In this document: piece by piece, positions 22,891-36,345 of the stretch
Layout of the letters: every line of letters starts with the position of its first letter
How positions within the stretch are numbered: the stretch's first letter is position 1
Source of the DNA: Chara braunii
Lineage: Eukaryota > Plantae > Charophyceae
DNA length: 44,741 nt
Assembly (NCBI GenBank): GCA_003427395.1
Contig: BFEA01000014.1
Span: forward strand, 2,624,675-2,669,415
Direction: 5' to 3'
The notes under the pieces: model-generated
Seen by the model: only the letters and a program-made list of their open reading frames with translations
What the model was told of the DNA's origin: nothing
Databases searched by the model: none
Translations under genes and position numbers: made by a program

Positions 22891-23539
22891 CGGAAAGAGA
22901 TAGCCGCATAAAATTATCACAAATGGCACATTCAGATATACGCCGCTTTTTTTCCTCTGTCTTCTTCTTATTCTTATTCTTATTTTTTATTTTTATTATT
23001 ATTATTATTTACCATTGATACTATTATTATCATTATGATGTGTGTTGTCATGTTCGCTAGACACAACTGTTACTCCACAAAAAAAGCATGACTGTGCCAG
23101 ACTGTTTCATCGGGCTTTCATCAACTCATGAGGAGGTTGAACCCCGACAGTCTGCCCAGGATGCGTTTGGCTGGTAGATAAAGACTCACCACATTCCCAG
23201 AGTTAGCATACCTCAGATGTGTGTGTGAGAGAGAAATAGAGAGTCGGAGGGAGAGATGGGCACATCAGATTCTGCCACGCGGTGCATTCAGATGTACGGA
23301 TTGTTCTTTTATTCATTCTTTCTTCTACTTCTTCTTTGTGTGTGTTTCAAGGGGATACGACTTCCATGATCCTTCCATGGCACGTTGAATTGAACAGTCT
23401 GCTGTAACACAACACTCGAAAAGGAGCCACCAGTCAGGTATGGCCATGAAAGGAAAGCAAACAAATTGAAACAATGTCATGCAAATGCCACAAAGCACAG
23501 AAGAAGAAGCAAGCAACAAGGCGAGTCGTAGGGTAGCAC

Positions 23540-23975
23540 TAAAGCAGCATTGACAGAGGCAGCAAAGCAAAAGACAGCAAAGCAAAAGGCAGCAAAGCAA
23601 AAGACATCAAAGCAAAAGACATCAAAGCAAAAGGCAGCAAAGCAAAAGGCAGCAAAGCAAAAGGCGGCAAAGTAAAAGGCGGCAAGGCAAAAAAGGTGGC
23701 AAGGCAAAAGGCAGCATGGCAAAAGGCAGCCAAACAATCAGGCAAGCAGCAGACATAAAGACAAGGCAGTAAGACAAAAGGCAGCAAGGCAAAAATCAGC
23801 AAGGCAAAAGGCAGCAAGCTCAAAAGCAGCAAGACAAACAGGACAGGGCAGCAATCTCAAAAGCAGCGAGACAAACAGCACAAGGCAGAAAGCTCAAAAG
23901 CAGCAAGACAAACAGCACAAGGCAGCAAGCCCAAAAGCAGCGAGACAAACAGCGCAAGGGCAGGAAGGCAAAAGG
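23540..23975 (+). repeat. Minisatellite: 15-bp GCAAAGCAAAAGGCA units grading into ~34-bp units
   Basis: gcaaagcaaaag(g/a)ca repeats from ~23560; gcaagctcaaaagcagcaagacaaacagcacaag-like x4 at ~23814-23958. Confidence 0.85.
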
Positions 23976-25687
23976 CATCGAGATAAAAATAGGCAACTTG
24001 ACGGCAAAAGGAACTAACTAATCAGGCAAGGAGCGCAGAAAGACAAGGCAGCAACTTGAAGGCAGAGGGTCACAAAGCGCAGAAAAATACAGGACAAGAA
24101 AAGTGCAAGTATCAAACTCGGCCGGGGGGAGGGGGGGGAGCAACAAAAACGGAGGGTGACAAACTGTTTCATCTGACTTGCACCGGCTCATTGGAAAGAT
24201 GGAGTTGATGAACCCTCGACAATCTGTGGTATCCCCATATTGATGCTTCGAGTCATTAACTCTTTTAATACCTGTTGAAACTGGATGGCCAGCAGCTGAC
24301 ACAACAATCGGAACATGGCAGCAAGGCAAAGACTCAGCAAAGCACCAGGTGGAGCTAAGGGGGCAGCCCAATTAGACAACAGAAAAGCAATTTGAATGGA
24401 AAGATAGTGCAAGCGGATTGGAAGCAGCGCGACAACACAGTCAAGCACAAGGCAGCGCTGACAAAGCAGCCAAACTACACGGCACACAAGCAAACTGCAC
24501 AGAAAGTGCACGCAGATGGGCAGCAAAGCAACGGTGGAGAGACACAAGGCAACACTGATAAGGCTGACATAACGAACAGACGAGCTGCGAGGAAAGACAT
24601 GGCATGTGGTTGGGCAGCAAGGCAGCAGAAGAGCGCACACAAAACACTTCACACAGCCAATACAGACCAAAGCAGTAAATCCATAAAGCAGAATTCCGCA
24701 AACTGTAGGTTCCCACCACCCTCAGAGCCACAAAGCCACTCCGACAAACGTCTGTCATTAGTTCTCATAACCCACGGAACATGCACCCACAGAAATTCCG
24801 CAAACTGTAGCATCCCTCACAGTGTTGCAGGCATCCCAAACAACCAGCCACTGACTATTTGGTGCTTCTTAGAGGATCTCGCGCAGACACAGAAAATCGT
24901 AATCAAAAGAGGGAAGAAAGATATACATATTACATATCTATTACCGTGCATGTATGTGTGATGGCGTGTTAAAACACATTTAATGGCACACCAGTGCATG
25001 TGACGTGCATTCAATCGCATTGAATGTTAGGATATGCTGCCACAGAAAAGCTACAGCTCAAAACTCTCGCTGCATGTTTCCTAATAATTACTTCCTACAG
25101 ACGCCTTGCATCATGTGTTGAATCACCGTCGCGGACTTCGCATAACTGCTGTAACTCCTGTGCCAAAATTGAGCCGCTGGGCTCTGATTGCGCCCTCAGA
25201 CAAGCACGAACAGGCAGGCCCTTTAAAAAAGGTAAAATACGCCCTAGAAAGAGGCCCAGTTCGACAGTTGCCCGAAATGTCAACAGTCAGCTCATGGACC
25301 CAGGCCCAGATCCCAGCAGTCAAGGTCAGCACATACTGGCCGCCAATCGGGAATGATCTAACAGTGGTCTGCAGGTTCTGGAAGATTCAGGCCTCAAGGA
25401 GTCCAGACCGAAACTGGGACAAATTGCATCTGAGCCGTCGACATTCGGACGATCCAGGGCCTCACATGGACAGATGCTGACCCCCGACAACGCGAGTCAA
25501 CACTGAATAGAGATGACCTCGCCACTGCTTTGACATTCAGTCTTGCGAGTTGCTTGCGGCTTCGATGCTGCACGTGAGACTTGGGAAGAGGAGGCTGCCA
25601 CCAGGCTGTTTCGTGGGCGCCAGCCAGACACTGTAGTATGATCAGAGGGTACGGATAGGAGAAGTAAGAAGACTAGCCAGGAGCAAG

Positions 25688-27445
25688 GTGGGTGAGGTGG
25701 TTTTGCCTGGTGCAGCTCGGAGGATGGTGCAGACTAGGTTACGGGTGGTTTGGACTAAGAATCCAACTATCGGTGACCTGCTGCATAATCCCCGTGCTCA
25801 TGCTAAAAAGCCGGTGGATACCTGCAAACGTGCAGGACTATGTGCCACGAGAATCGATGGTCACGTATCATTCCGAATCGAAGAAGCCCAGACAGCACCG
25901 GCCATCTCCTTCAACGCAAGAAACGTACCGAGGCAGCTAATCGATCATAGGAGGAGAAATTTCGGGGCGGAGATCAGGTTGGCCTTTGAACAGTGGGGGA
26001 TGTGCGATATGGCGGAGCTACGAATCAGCGACGCGGAAGTGGCGACATGTACACGCACTGAGCTTGAGGAGGAGTGCAGTGAGACTAAGTAGTTCCTGAG
26101 CTTTAGGGACAGCGTGAGGGATTTGGTAAAAATGCCTCTGGACAGAAATGCAGGGGATACCTTGATACAGTGTCCGGCCTTGTATCACGAGGCTATGATG
26201 AGCACGTTCATCAGAGTGGAAGGGTACAGGGTTCTTTTGGAAGAGGAAGAGGAGGTAACGATGAAATGGAAGAACGGTTTTGTGTCGGCGGGCCTGGAAA
26301 AGCTGGGCGGGTGGGACGAGAAGGGCACCATGGGAAACGCTTACGTGCTCCCTAAGCACAAGGACATTACGAAGAGCAGACCAATCTGCCCTACATTCAG
26401 TGAACCGACGAGTAAGATCTGCAGGAAGATGGCGAAGTGCTTGAATAGGATGATGAAACTCATTCTTGAATCGAGCCACTTTAATATGGGGTCGGTATCT
26501 GAGCTAGGGAGGAGGCTAAGGACGATCAACAACAAGGTGGAAAGAAGAGGTGCAGAATGGGGGGTGGAAGGAGCATCCTTTGACATCAAGGATATGTTTA
26601 GTCGCTTACCCCATGCGGCTATCCTTGATGCACTGGACTGGATGTGTGAATGGTGTGAAGGGAGGGGTTTCAAGAGCGTGCAGGTGAGAAAGCAAGGGAC
26701 AGGTACCAAATTAAGTTATAGAAAGCAGGAAGAAGGATGGTGGGCTGTTGATTTCGCAAATGTGCGGAGATTTGTGGCTTTCGAATTAGAGCCTACCTAT
26801 ACAAAGGCTACGGGCGCTATATTGAAACAGGTCATAGGCATACCAATGGGGAAGAGCTCAAGCCCCCCATTGGCATGTATCCTGTGCATGAAGGCCGAGT
26901 ACGAGTTCATATCGACGTTGGGTGACAAACGGAACAGGGTTTTCGGGATGCGGCTTATGGATGATGTCTCGATATTCGTGGCGAGAAAGAAGGATGGTGA
27001 TGATTATGGTAAGGAGATTATTGGAAGGTTCGGAGGATGCTATGACGAGGAACTGACGCTGAAAAGAACAGATGACGAGGAGGGAGTTTGGGAGTTTCTC
27101 GGTTGTAAGTTGACAATTGAAGCCGAACAGCCGTACCTGGGCTGTTTCCAGAGAAACAAGAACATGGCTGAAATCTGGCAAAACAAGCCGTGCTCAAAAC
27201 AATCCAGGACTTCAGTTCGTGGACCTGCAGGCGGCAAAAAAAGTGTTGTTATTACAGGCGAGCTGAATAGGATCTATGTCAACACTACACGGCAGGAGGA
27301 GCTGCTACCTCTGGTGCTTACCCTGAAGAGAGAACTGCGCGGGAAAGGTTACCCACCCGAGTTTTTCAACAACGGGCTCAGGCGTTTCGCGGCGAACAAG
27401 GACGAGATTTGGAAGCTGATGGTGGAGTTGATGACTACGTGGTGA
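25688..27445 (+). pseudogene. PLE reverse transcriptase (stop at 26090-26092, probable late frameshift)
   Basis: YVLPKHKD..SRPI, SFDIKDMFSRLPH, QVIGIPMGKSSSPPLA, MRLMDDV, EFLG motifs; 25688-26092 and 26114-27445 share a frame. Confidence 0.88.
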
Positions 27446-28058
27446 ACAAGGATGAGTTGTAGGGCTTTGGATGTATGTCGGGGAGGTTCGGGGGGAATAA
27501 CTAAGCTGGAGGCGGTAAGTGGTAACGCAGTTATGGGAGTTGGTCGAGGGATGTTATGTTATTAGGGTGACTTGGAACGAATGAGCCAGAGGCTAGGCTA
27601 ACCCGGGGCATAAGTAGGCCCGGCTCGTTCTAAAATTTTTTGATATAATTGGTGGGAGGATAATCAGATGCTGGGTAGGCGGGGATATTATACGGGCCTA
27701 GAATATTCCGGTAGAACCATAGGAGAATGGGAATTTGGGGCTTAAGAGTGGGGTACGAATCTGCAGGGTACTAATGATGACAATGGTAGTTAAGAACTGT
27801 GCTGTAGGGGTAAGTGATTTTCAGACAGTACTCTGACAGAAAACATTTTCGAAACGGACAAACCTTGCATAGAACGGGGAAAGGGTGTTATATACCAGGT
27901 TGCTGTACGGTTTCATCCTCCAAAGCCGCCGACACGCACCCGGGATGCGCTGTCGGAGCGGTGGCGGTACGCAAGTGGGTCTTGGGACTGTCGGATGGTG
28001 AGGGCAGGGGAAGTTTGGTGGACTGGGAAGGAGGAGTCGTAAGGTTGGGGTCAGTGTT

Positions 28059-28099
28059 CCCCCTGAAGAGGCTCTAGCGAGAGGCGAAACGCGTCGGGG
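28059..28099 (+). ncRNA. Minimal type I hammerhead ribozyme
   Basis: CCCC-CTGAAGA-GGCTCT agcg AGAGGC-GAAAC-GC-GTC^GGGG: core CUGANGA/GAAA/GUC, stem I CCCC:GGGG, palindromic stem III ACGCGT; predicted cleavage after 28095. Confidence 0.85.
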
Positions 28100-28501
28100 C
28101 GCCATAGCCGGAGCTGCTGATTGATTCCGCTAGTGATGGGGACGATCACAGCGATGGCATGAGGGGGGTTTTCGTTATCGCTACTGTTGTATTGTTTCCT
28201 TTTCCTACCTGTTACTTGAGTTTTTTTCTGATTTTTCACGAGGACTTCCTTTCTTTACGAGGATTTCTTTTGCGTATACGCGGAAGCAGCTCGTTGTGTT
28301 GTCGTGATCGAGGTTTATGAATGTTGTCTGGTATGATGTTTTTTCGAGCAATGACTGCGGAACGATGTTGGAATGCTTTCTTTTTTCACGAGGATTTATT
28401 TTGCGCATGCGCGGAAGCAGCTTGTTGTGTTGTCGTGATAGCGGCTTATGAATGTGGTCTGGTATGATGTTTTTTCGAGCAATTACTGCGGAATGATGGT
28501 G

Positions 28502-29242
28502 TGTAAACAGGCTGAATGAGAATACGTGCTTTGAGAAGGAAACGGGGACTTATGGTGATTGAACTAACGGGAAGAAGGGTTCTTATCTCTCGAATGGTTG
28601 GAGGCGAAGTGGGCATGAAATATGGCAGGATTGTGTCGATTGAAGGTGTTTAGTGGCTAAGGGACGGATATAGCAAGGCTAGAAGTTTGACAGCCTGCAG
28701 CTACGCTGCCTTCACTTCTACAGTGAATTGTCTCTCATTTTACATACTGTAGTAGGATGGAGAGAGAGGGAAGGCAGCCATTGCTGCGGTGATAGACGAC
28801 AGCGAGGTAGTGAGGAGAGAGAGTGTGTGTGGGTGAGATGTGATGTCGTGTGTACGTACCTGGTCTCACCTGATGTGATGCTGCTGCTGATACTGCTCGC
28901 TGCTGAAGTATCACTCGTCGGTGGGGGGCTGCATTTACATCATCCATGTGTCATACTGTGTACAAATTGCTGACGTGGTAGAGGTGGGGAAGCCTGGAGG
29001 AGAAGAGGGACTTCATTGCTACGATATTCTTCTCCTGCCATCTGTCTTTTCTTCCCTCTCTCTGTTCTCATCTGGATACTCTTGACTTGGAGACTTTACA
29101 CGTGGCTATGAAGGATTATGTACTTCAATGACTTCAAATTGATGGACTAGTCGGAATGATTATCTCGACATTGCAGGACATTGTTATCTCACAACATTGC
29201 TATCTGACGACATGATTGTTTGACGAGACTGGGCTCATCACA
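28502..29242 (+). repeat. Putative 5' LTR of Ty3/Gypsy element (left boundary uncertain)
   Basis: Ends ...CATCACA three nt before a canonical PBS; TG start at 28502 is a guess. Confidence 0.5.
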
Positions 29243-29245
29243 ATT

Positions 29246-29257
29246 TGGTATCAGAGC
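29246..29257 (+). other. Primer-binding site complementary to tRNA-iMet 3' end
   Basis: TGGTATCAGAGC immediately after CA-att. Confidence 0.85.
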
Positions 29258-29845
29258 GAACTCACGCCAACTTGCGTCTCGATTGAAGACAACCACACTA
29301 TTCAAGTTTGACGATATCTCTCTGATAGAGTGCTGACGTGGCACCTGCAGAGTGGTTCTAACTTGAAACCATATGCTCGTGTCCACACGACACTCGGTGG
29401 CTGGTTTCCGCAAGGGAATAAATTGCCAGGAAGTCTCTCTTTGGAAGGGGTCCTGGCGTGGCAAAGGCAGAGTGGTTTTCACCATATGCCTGCGCTGACG
29501 TGGCACTCACTGGCTGGTTCCCATGAGGGAATAAATCTCCAGTATTGCCGCATTAATTAAAGAAGCACTGAAGAGAACGACAAAACAAGTGCTGATGTGG
29601 CATATTGACTGGCGATAGTACTGCCGATGTGGCATATTGACTGGCAACAACATTGCCTATGTGGCATACTAGTGAGAGCATTGTCCAATTGGCAGAAACA
29701 TTGCTGACGTGTCATCAGGGAGAGAGAACCGTTGTGGTTGTCAAGAACGAGTTGACGAGGAACCACAGGAATAGTCGGATGATGTGTCCCATTGAGCGCT
29801 GACGTGGGACTACATGTCTTGGCCTTTGATTGGCACCGATCTGGA

Positions 29846-32296
29846 TTTTTTTTTCTTTTTTTTTTAAACTGGCTCCATTCTATTGGTGGGGAGCTGCACC
29901 TGCTGGAAACCGGGTCCAGCGTCCCTTACATATAATATACTGAACCATGGATCAAGGAGAGAGGTGGCAGAAAGAGAGAGAGCTGCCTCTTCGGTCAGAA
30001 GCTGGCCGCCAGATACGTATCTAAATGCTAGCAGCTCCCAATCTCCAAAACCCATCCCGTTCTGCCTAATCCGAACACAGATATTTGCTGACATAATGAA
30101 GAGAAATGAATCTTGTTATCCCTCCCCTCCTCCAAACCAATGAAGATCCACCAAAGCTAGCTCAGAAGGAGGAAAAAGGTCTGGAAATGCTTCTGGGGAC
30201 CTCAAAGTAGCTCCTGCCTGCACCTTAAACCAGTCCTGGAAGGTGATCTCATAATCTCTTTTGAGATTCCCATTTTCTTCCCCTCCTGGCCATTCTACCT
30301 TTCCCTGTTTTTCTCTTGAGGAGTCACCCAGCCAGTTCTTTGTGAAAGTTTGAATTCTTTTCTTAATGTCCTGTTTTTGTTGTAGTGTGTGAAGTCTAGA
30401 TTTAATCTTGTCCCATTGGGATCTTATTTCTGTTTAAATGAATTGTTGAACAAGCTCAGACATTTCCTTTCCTTCAATCCTTACCTTTTCCATCGTAATT
30501 ACACATCTTTTATACCATAGTGCCCATAAAACGGCCTTTCTACCAATGTTAAAGAAATTTTGTTGAAAGGTTGAAAGGGAAATGAGTACAGGACACCAAT
30601 GGCCCAGGAGGATCGCCCTCCAGTCCCAAGGCCAATCTAAGCCTGTCAATTTATTCCATACATGATCCCAACGCCTCCACAACAATTTCGCCCCCGGACA
30701 TTGCAAAAAAATGTGTTCGATTGTCTCTCTAATTGTCCTACTAGGAAAGGTTTCCATACATGTACAACACCACGGTAGAGCTACACCCCTCTGTTCCAGC
30801 GTGGTATGGTCAATCAACCAGTCATTTGTTGGCAAACATCGATGAATAATCTGTCATTGCAGTGATGCAAATTTAGCAGGTTTGTCTCTGAAAGCTTGAC
30901 ACCACTTAATTGGCGTGAGCAAATCTGTGTATATATTTAAATGTCGGGCCCATCGTTCCCGTATTATATCTAGAACATCAAGCTTTGGACGTAACACACG
31001 ATACGAGGCTTTGACTGATAAATATTGTAATTTATGAGCCTTGCATCTTCTGTTGGTGCGCCAGGTCCATTCTGCTGGATCCAGGGGGAGTTCCTGTAGG
31101 GGAGTATTCGGGGCATATATAGTCCATCCTTTAGATACAGGACAATTCAAAACTCTCACTCTATGGAGTGAGTCAAGATGAAAAAATTTCACCTTATCTT
31201 GATTTTCTTGTGATAGAGAGAAGTCCTTATGGAGTGCAAAGATGTTAACCAGGGCGCCATCCGTATGGATATCCAGGATTTGTCCTACTACCCTGGAACC
31301 CGTCGTTTGATGAGCACACACCCAATCTGCAACCAAGAAAATAGGACCCTTTCTCAGGGCGGCTATCCAGACCAAAGGAATGGATGAAATCACTAAATCC
31401 AGGTTTTCAGCTAGATTGTGTGCATATCTAATTTTCTTTCTCAGTTGATTTACTGATTCCAATTTTTATTTTCCGGGTCCCATAAATCCTTGATCCTTAC
31501 TACACCATGCTTGACCCAAGTGGACCATGGGGATGTGGAACTTATGAACACTCTTCCTTGTGCATCCGTGATCCATCTATTGCCAAAAATTGGTTGGCGT
31601 AGGACTTCTTCATACCTAGAAGGAATTGATTTGTTTGGCAAAGGCAGATTTTGCAAAGTTATCAATAGGTTAGCCCAAAAACTGTCTAAAACCAGATCTC
31701 TTCTTACTACCCCTCCATCCCCCTCCTTCTGAGATTGTGATTGTGGTCGAGGAATGAACCAGTATCTGTCCTCTACCCAAATCAGTGGATTGACATCTTT
31801 TGTAGTTTGTGGAGCCATTTTGCGTATTTGTTCCAGTGCCAATGCTTGCCAGGTTAGATCCGTGGCCAATATTAGTCGTTTTAGCCATTGGAGAGCTAGT
31901 GTTTGGCACTGGATTGAAGGATCCAAAATGCCCAGTCCTCCTTTGAACTTCGGCTGGATAAGAACCTTCCAAGCCACTATAGGGATTACATGTGTCGTTT
32001 CATGATTTCCTCGCCATAAGAAAGTCGTGAGTTGCCTCCTAAGTTCCTTGATTGATCCATTACTTATTGACCACAAAGCAGATTTATACCAGATAGAAAC
32101 CAAGATTACGTTATTGATAACCAGAGCCCTACCAAATAGTGAAGTATGTTGATTTTTCCATTGCTTCATTTTTTGTAAAGTTGGGGAAGTGATCCATACA
32201 TCATTAGAATTAGGTTCCCCCCTAGCTGTGAGTATTACTCCCAAGACCCTGATTGGTGCCTCTAATGGTAACCATTTTACCTTAGGATTCTCAGGA
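29846..32296 (-). mobile_element. 5'-truncated L1/Tx1-like LINE inserted antisense in the Gypsy leader
   Basis: T-tail from 29846; motifs B and C; ORF2 C-half (SLFGRALVINN, KGGLGILDP, ETIEHIFLQCP); 14-bp TSD ggcac(c/t)gatctgga at 29832-29845 and 32297-32310. Confidence 0.9.
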
Positions 32297-32614
32297 GGCA
32301 CTGATCTGGACTTACCTCGTTGATGTTTTGATTGATGCTGATGTGCACTTGCATGTGCGGTTTTCTGATGTTGTTTGGCCTGTGGACTGACTATTGATAA
32401 TTCTTGATGGAACGACCAAAAGGAATCCACACACATTGGTAGTTAGCATCATGACCAGCAAAGCACATTGAAAAGAAAAAAAAACTAATACTAGATTAAG
32501 ACATTGATATTCTATTTTTACAGGATTTTATTTATTTTTTGTTTGTTTTTCCGAATTTATGACGAGACCGTGGAAGAGATAATTGTATAGTCTGATTGTG
32601 CGGTAACTCCAACG

Positions 32615-34411
32615 GTGGCATCCATGTGGAGCAACTTGCGGTTGTCTGGTCTGACAAAGTTTATTACCTTGTTTTTCCATCCGGTCTCACTGACCATATA
32701 CGCAGACGAGGAACTGCATACACCTGGGCAAGTGAATGCCCGCAGGGACCGGGAGAAGTTGAAACGTCAGCAGGTCCTGACTGGAATCCATGAGGCTGGT
32801 CCGGAAGCCAAAAACCATATCGAGAGCCAGGTTGACCTGCACAGTTTCAAAGAGCAATCGAACAGGGCTGAGACGGGACTTGATCTCCTCCCCGTGGCCG
32901 GAGAAATGAACCTGGTCATAGTCAGGGCCCGTCACAGTCTGGACCAATTTGTCCCTGAAATGCTGGCCCAAAATTCCTTGCACATTGAAGAAGAGGACAA
33001 AAAGAAAAATGGAGAAACAAGCGGGGAAACCAGACAAGAATTAAATGAGGATGTAGCTGATCAAAATATCAGACAACTAGAAGAAGCATTGCAGGCAGAG
33101 AAGAAAAAGAAGGAAGGCATGAAACAACAAAGGAAAAAAAGAGAAGAAGAAGAAAGGAAAATTAATGAAACACGAAGTAAGGTAAAAGTAGAAGAAGGAA
33201 GTGATGTTGCAACTCTAATTCACAATCTGATGTCTTACCTGGTTCACTTGGAGACAAAGTTAGACAAAGTCATTGCTGACAAGGACCTGTTTTTTGCCCA
33301 GTTGGCAACGCTGACCAATGTGGTCAGGCAAAAGTAACGGATGACAAAAGACTGAAGAAGAACCGAAGTCTGAACCAGTGAAGAAACTGATGAGAGATGC
33401 AATGAAATCCGCCCCGAAAGATGAAACCCTGAAAAGAGAAGTGGAGATGGAAAAAGTGAAAATGAAACTCTCATTCACATTCACCGAAAAGAAAGAAGAA
33501 CACATGTTGTTGTGGATTGTTGAGGTCCAGACCTACTGCTCTACGACCCTCGTAGACGAAGATTGCCAGGTGGCGTTCACCATCTCATGTCTTGGCGAAG
33601 ACGCTAAGGCATGGGTACTGTCGGAAGAAAATGTCGTCGGATTTGAGTTTATTGGGGATTGGGCGAAGACTTTGAATTTGAGGGAATTTATGAAGAAGAT
33701 CAAACAAGATTTCTAGATAAGACCACAGTAGACAAGGCGTTTGATCAACTTACCCCAATCAACCAGCGACACTGGACATCTATGGATGCTCTCTCTCATG
33801 AAGTGGATCGCCTGATGCAGGTATCAGGACTGAACATCTATGATGATCAGGTCCTCCACATCTACTCACGAACCTTACCTGAACCTATCCGTGGACAACT
33901 GGTTGTCGAGTCAAAATCGGGTAAGTATACGTATAGACAGTTCCGGAATCTCGCCTTGCAGCGAGAACAAATAACGTCATAGGTGAAAAACACCTACGCA
34001 AGGGTTACCAAGTCAGGGCAAGGGAGTGGATCACAGAGAATGTTTTGGAGACAGAACAGACAATACCACATGCTTATTGTGTTCGACGAGGACACAATGG
34101 AGAAGTGGCCCCTTGAAGAAAGCGAGGGACAGACGAATGTGGACGAGAAATCGGGAAAGGGTGATGTCACCGCCGCGGTTGTCAGCAAGAGCGGCAACAA
34201 CAATAGAAATGAAAATGGATATAGGAGGAGACCGCGTTCCTTTCCAGCCCATCCTGGCATAGGTTCCAGAAAGCCTTGGAAGAAAATTGGCATTTCTGAG
34301 GACATATGGTAGGAAAGGCTGGATAACCATCAGTGTCTGGAGTGCGGCACTCCGGGGCATATTATAGCATGGTGCCCTCTGATTAGGATCCCAAAAGGGA
34401 GCAGCTCATAG
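32615..34411 (+). pseudogene. gag: Gypsy gag (coiled-coil, capsid-like region, CCHC knuckle), fragmented
   Basis: ORFs 32615-33337, 33378-33716, 33659-33982, 33983-34312; CLECGTPGHIIAWC at 34334-34375. Confidence 0.8.
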
Positions 34412-34627
34412 GAGTACCATCCGCTCCTATCAAGTCGAAGGGTGCAGACGTAGAGTCGGCGTCGGAAAACCCCTTTCCCCCCTTCAACTCCTATGGCAAA
34501 AGATGTCTCTTCCTTGGCCCCTCACTCAGATCGCCTTGAATCTGTGATGTGTAGAGTTCCTCTAAGGGAGACCCTTGATGATCTTGGCAATGAACTAATT
34601 AACCGATGAAGCTCATGGGCTAAGAAG

Positions 34628-35395
34628 GTGAAGTCTAAGGACAAGTTGATGCTTGTAGACATTGAAATGGCACGAACGGGTGCTCTGTTAGACTCGGGCT
34701 CGACTAGATCCTACATATCTGAAGGCGCTGTAAAGAAAATGCATTTAGGTATGCGAGTTAAGAATCTAGCCAAGCCTATTGTTTCTATGTTGGTAGATCA
34801 AAGTACCACGGTTTCCCAATGTGTGGAAAACGTGAGGTGTTACTTCAGAACATAGGAAGGTAAGCGTATCAAGCATAAAGTAACATTCTTGATTGAGAAA
34901 AATTATGTCCTTTGATATGATCTTGGGAATGGATTGGCATGAAGAAGCAGACCCTAAGATCAAATATAAAGAAAAACTTGTCAAAATCAAGAACGAGAAT
35001 AATGAATTGAAATTGATTAAATTATACCACAAACCAGGTTCAGACTACATTGTTTTTCTATTGTACGAGTCTCCCTGCATTTCAATTCGTGGTTGTAAAG
35101 GAGAAGTTGGCACAGGAGGTGATGATGGTGTTAGTAAAGATTGTCGATGAATATTTCTCCTCCTACCCTCCTTCTATTGAAAAACTACTTGACAAATATG
35201 ACTTGTAGGCTGAACTAAAGAGGGTATTTGAAAGGAAGATAAAACATACCATTGAGATTGTTCCCGGAAGTAAAATTCCTAAAGAACCAATCTATCGTAT
35301 GTCCCCGGAGGAACTTGATGAATTGAGAAAGCAACTACAGGAACTAACTGCCAAGGGATAGATAAGACCTAGCTCTTTTCCTTATGGGGCTCCTG
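34628..35395 (+). pseudogene. pol: Gypsy pol fragment: aspartic protease and RT N-terminus
   Basis: ALLDSGSTRSYIS, FDMILGMDW; HTIEIVPG..IYRMSPEELDELRKQLQELTAKG*IRPSSFPYGAP. Confidence 0.88.
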
Positions 35396-36204
35396 TTCCC
35401 CTCCTCTCCCCTGCTTTTCTCCCCACCTCTCCTCTCCTCTCCCTCCCCTCCTCTCCTCCGAGTCTCCCTTTCTCTGCTCTCCCATCCTCTCCTCTCATCT
35501 CCTCACCTCTCCTCTCCTCGCCTCACTTCTCCTCTCCTCTCATCTCATCTCATCTCGTTTCAACTCCGTTGGTCCAAGACTTTGGGCTCCTTTTTGGGCC
35601 TCCGGTCAAGAGCTAGGACTGGTCCTACGTGTTTCGAAGGTACCCAGTAGGGCAACCAAATAGTTGTTGGTCCTTCGCAAAAATTTGGATTGATCACTGC
35701 ACTACTTCCAGCCTAATTGTATTTGATTTCAAGTGGTAGCTTGCAGCCAGGATCTTCCCTTAGATCTCCTATGTTTTTTGTAGACCCCTTTCCTCCTTCA
35801 CAACTTGCTCTGGTAAAGTTGCAGTGGTTTGGCAGAGAGGGAGTGTGATCTTCAAATTTAAAGACTTATGTGTCGGTTTGTGTTCACATTTGGTGTGCTC
35901 TCGGCTTTGTAATTCTGCTTTCGACTTCGCTTATATACGTTTGTCCTGCTTCGACTCTTTTGCAGGTCACAAAATTTGTGTCCCCATTGGTTGGTTCTTT
36001 GCAGTATGTTTGTCAGTATGTGAGTTTGCTGATATGAGTCGATTTGTCATTACCATCTTTCAGCCTGCCAAGCTGTATTGAGTCAAGTGGACGGGCAAAA
36101 CAGAAAAGGGCAAAGGAAAGGAAAAATGACAAATATACTGTAGAACGTAGAACGAGGGACGGTATTCTGTTTTTTGAAGGCATAGCTTGTTTCTTCAGAT
36201 AGAG

Positions 36205-36345
36205 TTGATGGTCCATCATGGACTGAAGAGGCATCACTGCCCTCAAGCATGCTTAATGTATATCATATTTGTTTTTATGGGGACGTTGGACCCGCTTTCC
36301 AGCAGGTGATGCTCCCCACCATTAGATTGGAGCCACCCTTAAAAC
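36205..36345 (+). mobile_element. Decayed LINE 3'-end remnant
   Basis: Motif C-like TGGTCC-atcat-GGACTG-AAGAGG at 36209-36231 followed by motif B at 36280-36334. Confidence 0.55.

Larger units (their letters stand above)
25632..28500 (+). mobile_element. Penelope-like retroelement (PLE), 5'-truncated
   Basis: PLE-type RT, upstream in-frame segment (RVVWTKNPTIGDLLHN), 3' hammerhead, ~128-bp tandem repeat at ~28254-28500; no endonuclease domain recognised. Confidence 0.8.
28502..35395 (+). mobile_element. Decayed, 3'-truncated Ty3/Gypsy LTR retrotransposon
   Basis: LTR-PBS-leader (LINE inserted)-gag-protease-RT start in Gypsy order; breaks off into a CT-rich simple repeat at ~35397-35556. Confidence 0.8.

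Noticed and set aside
23100-24215. Minus-strand hammerhead-like remnants near 23100-23130 and 24160-24200 (..ATGA..GAAACAGT)
   Set aside because: CUGANGA core and stem II are not intact.
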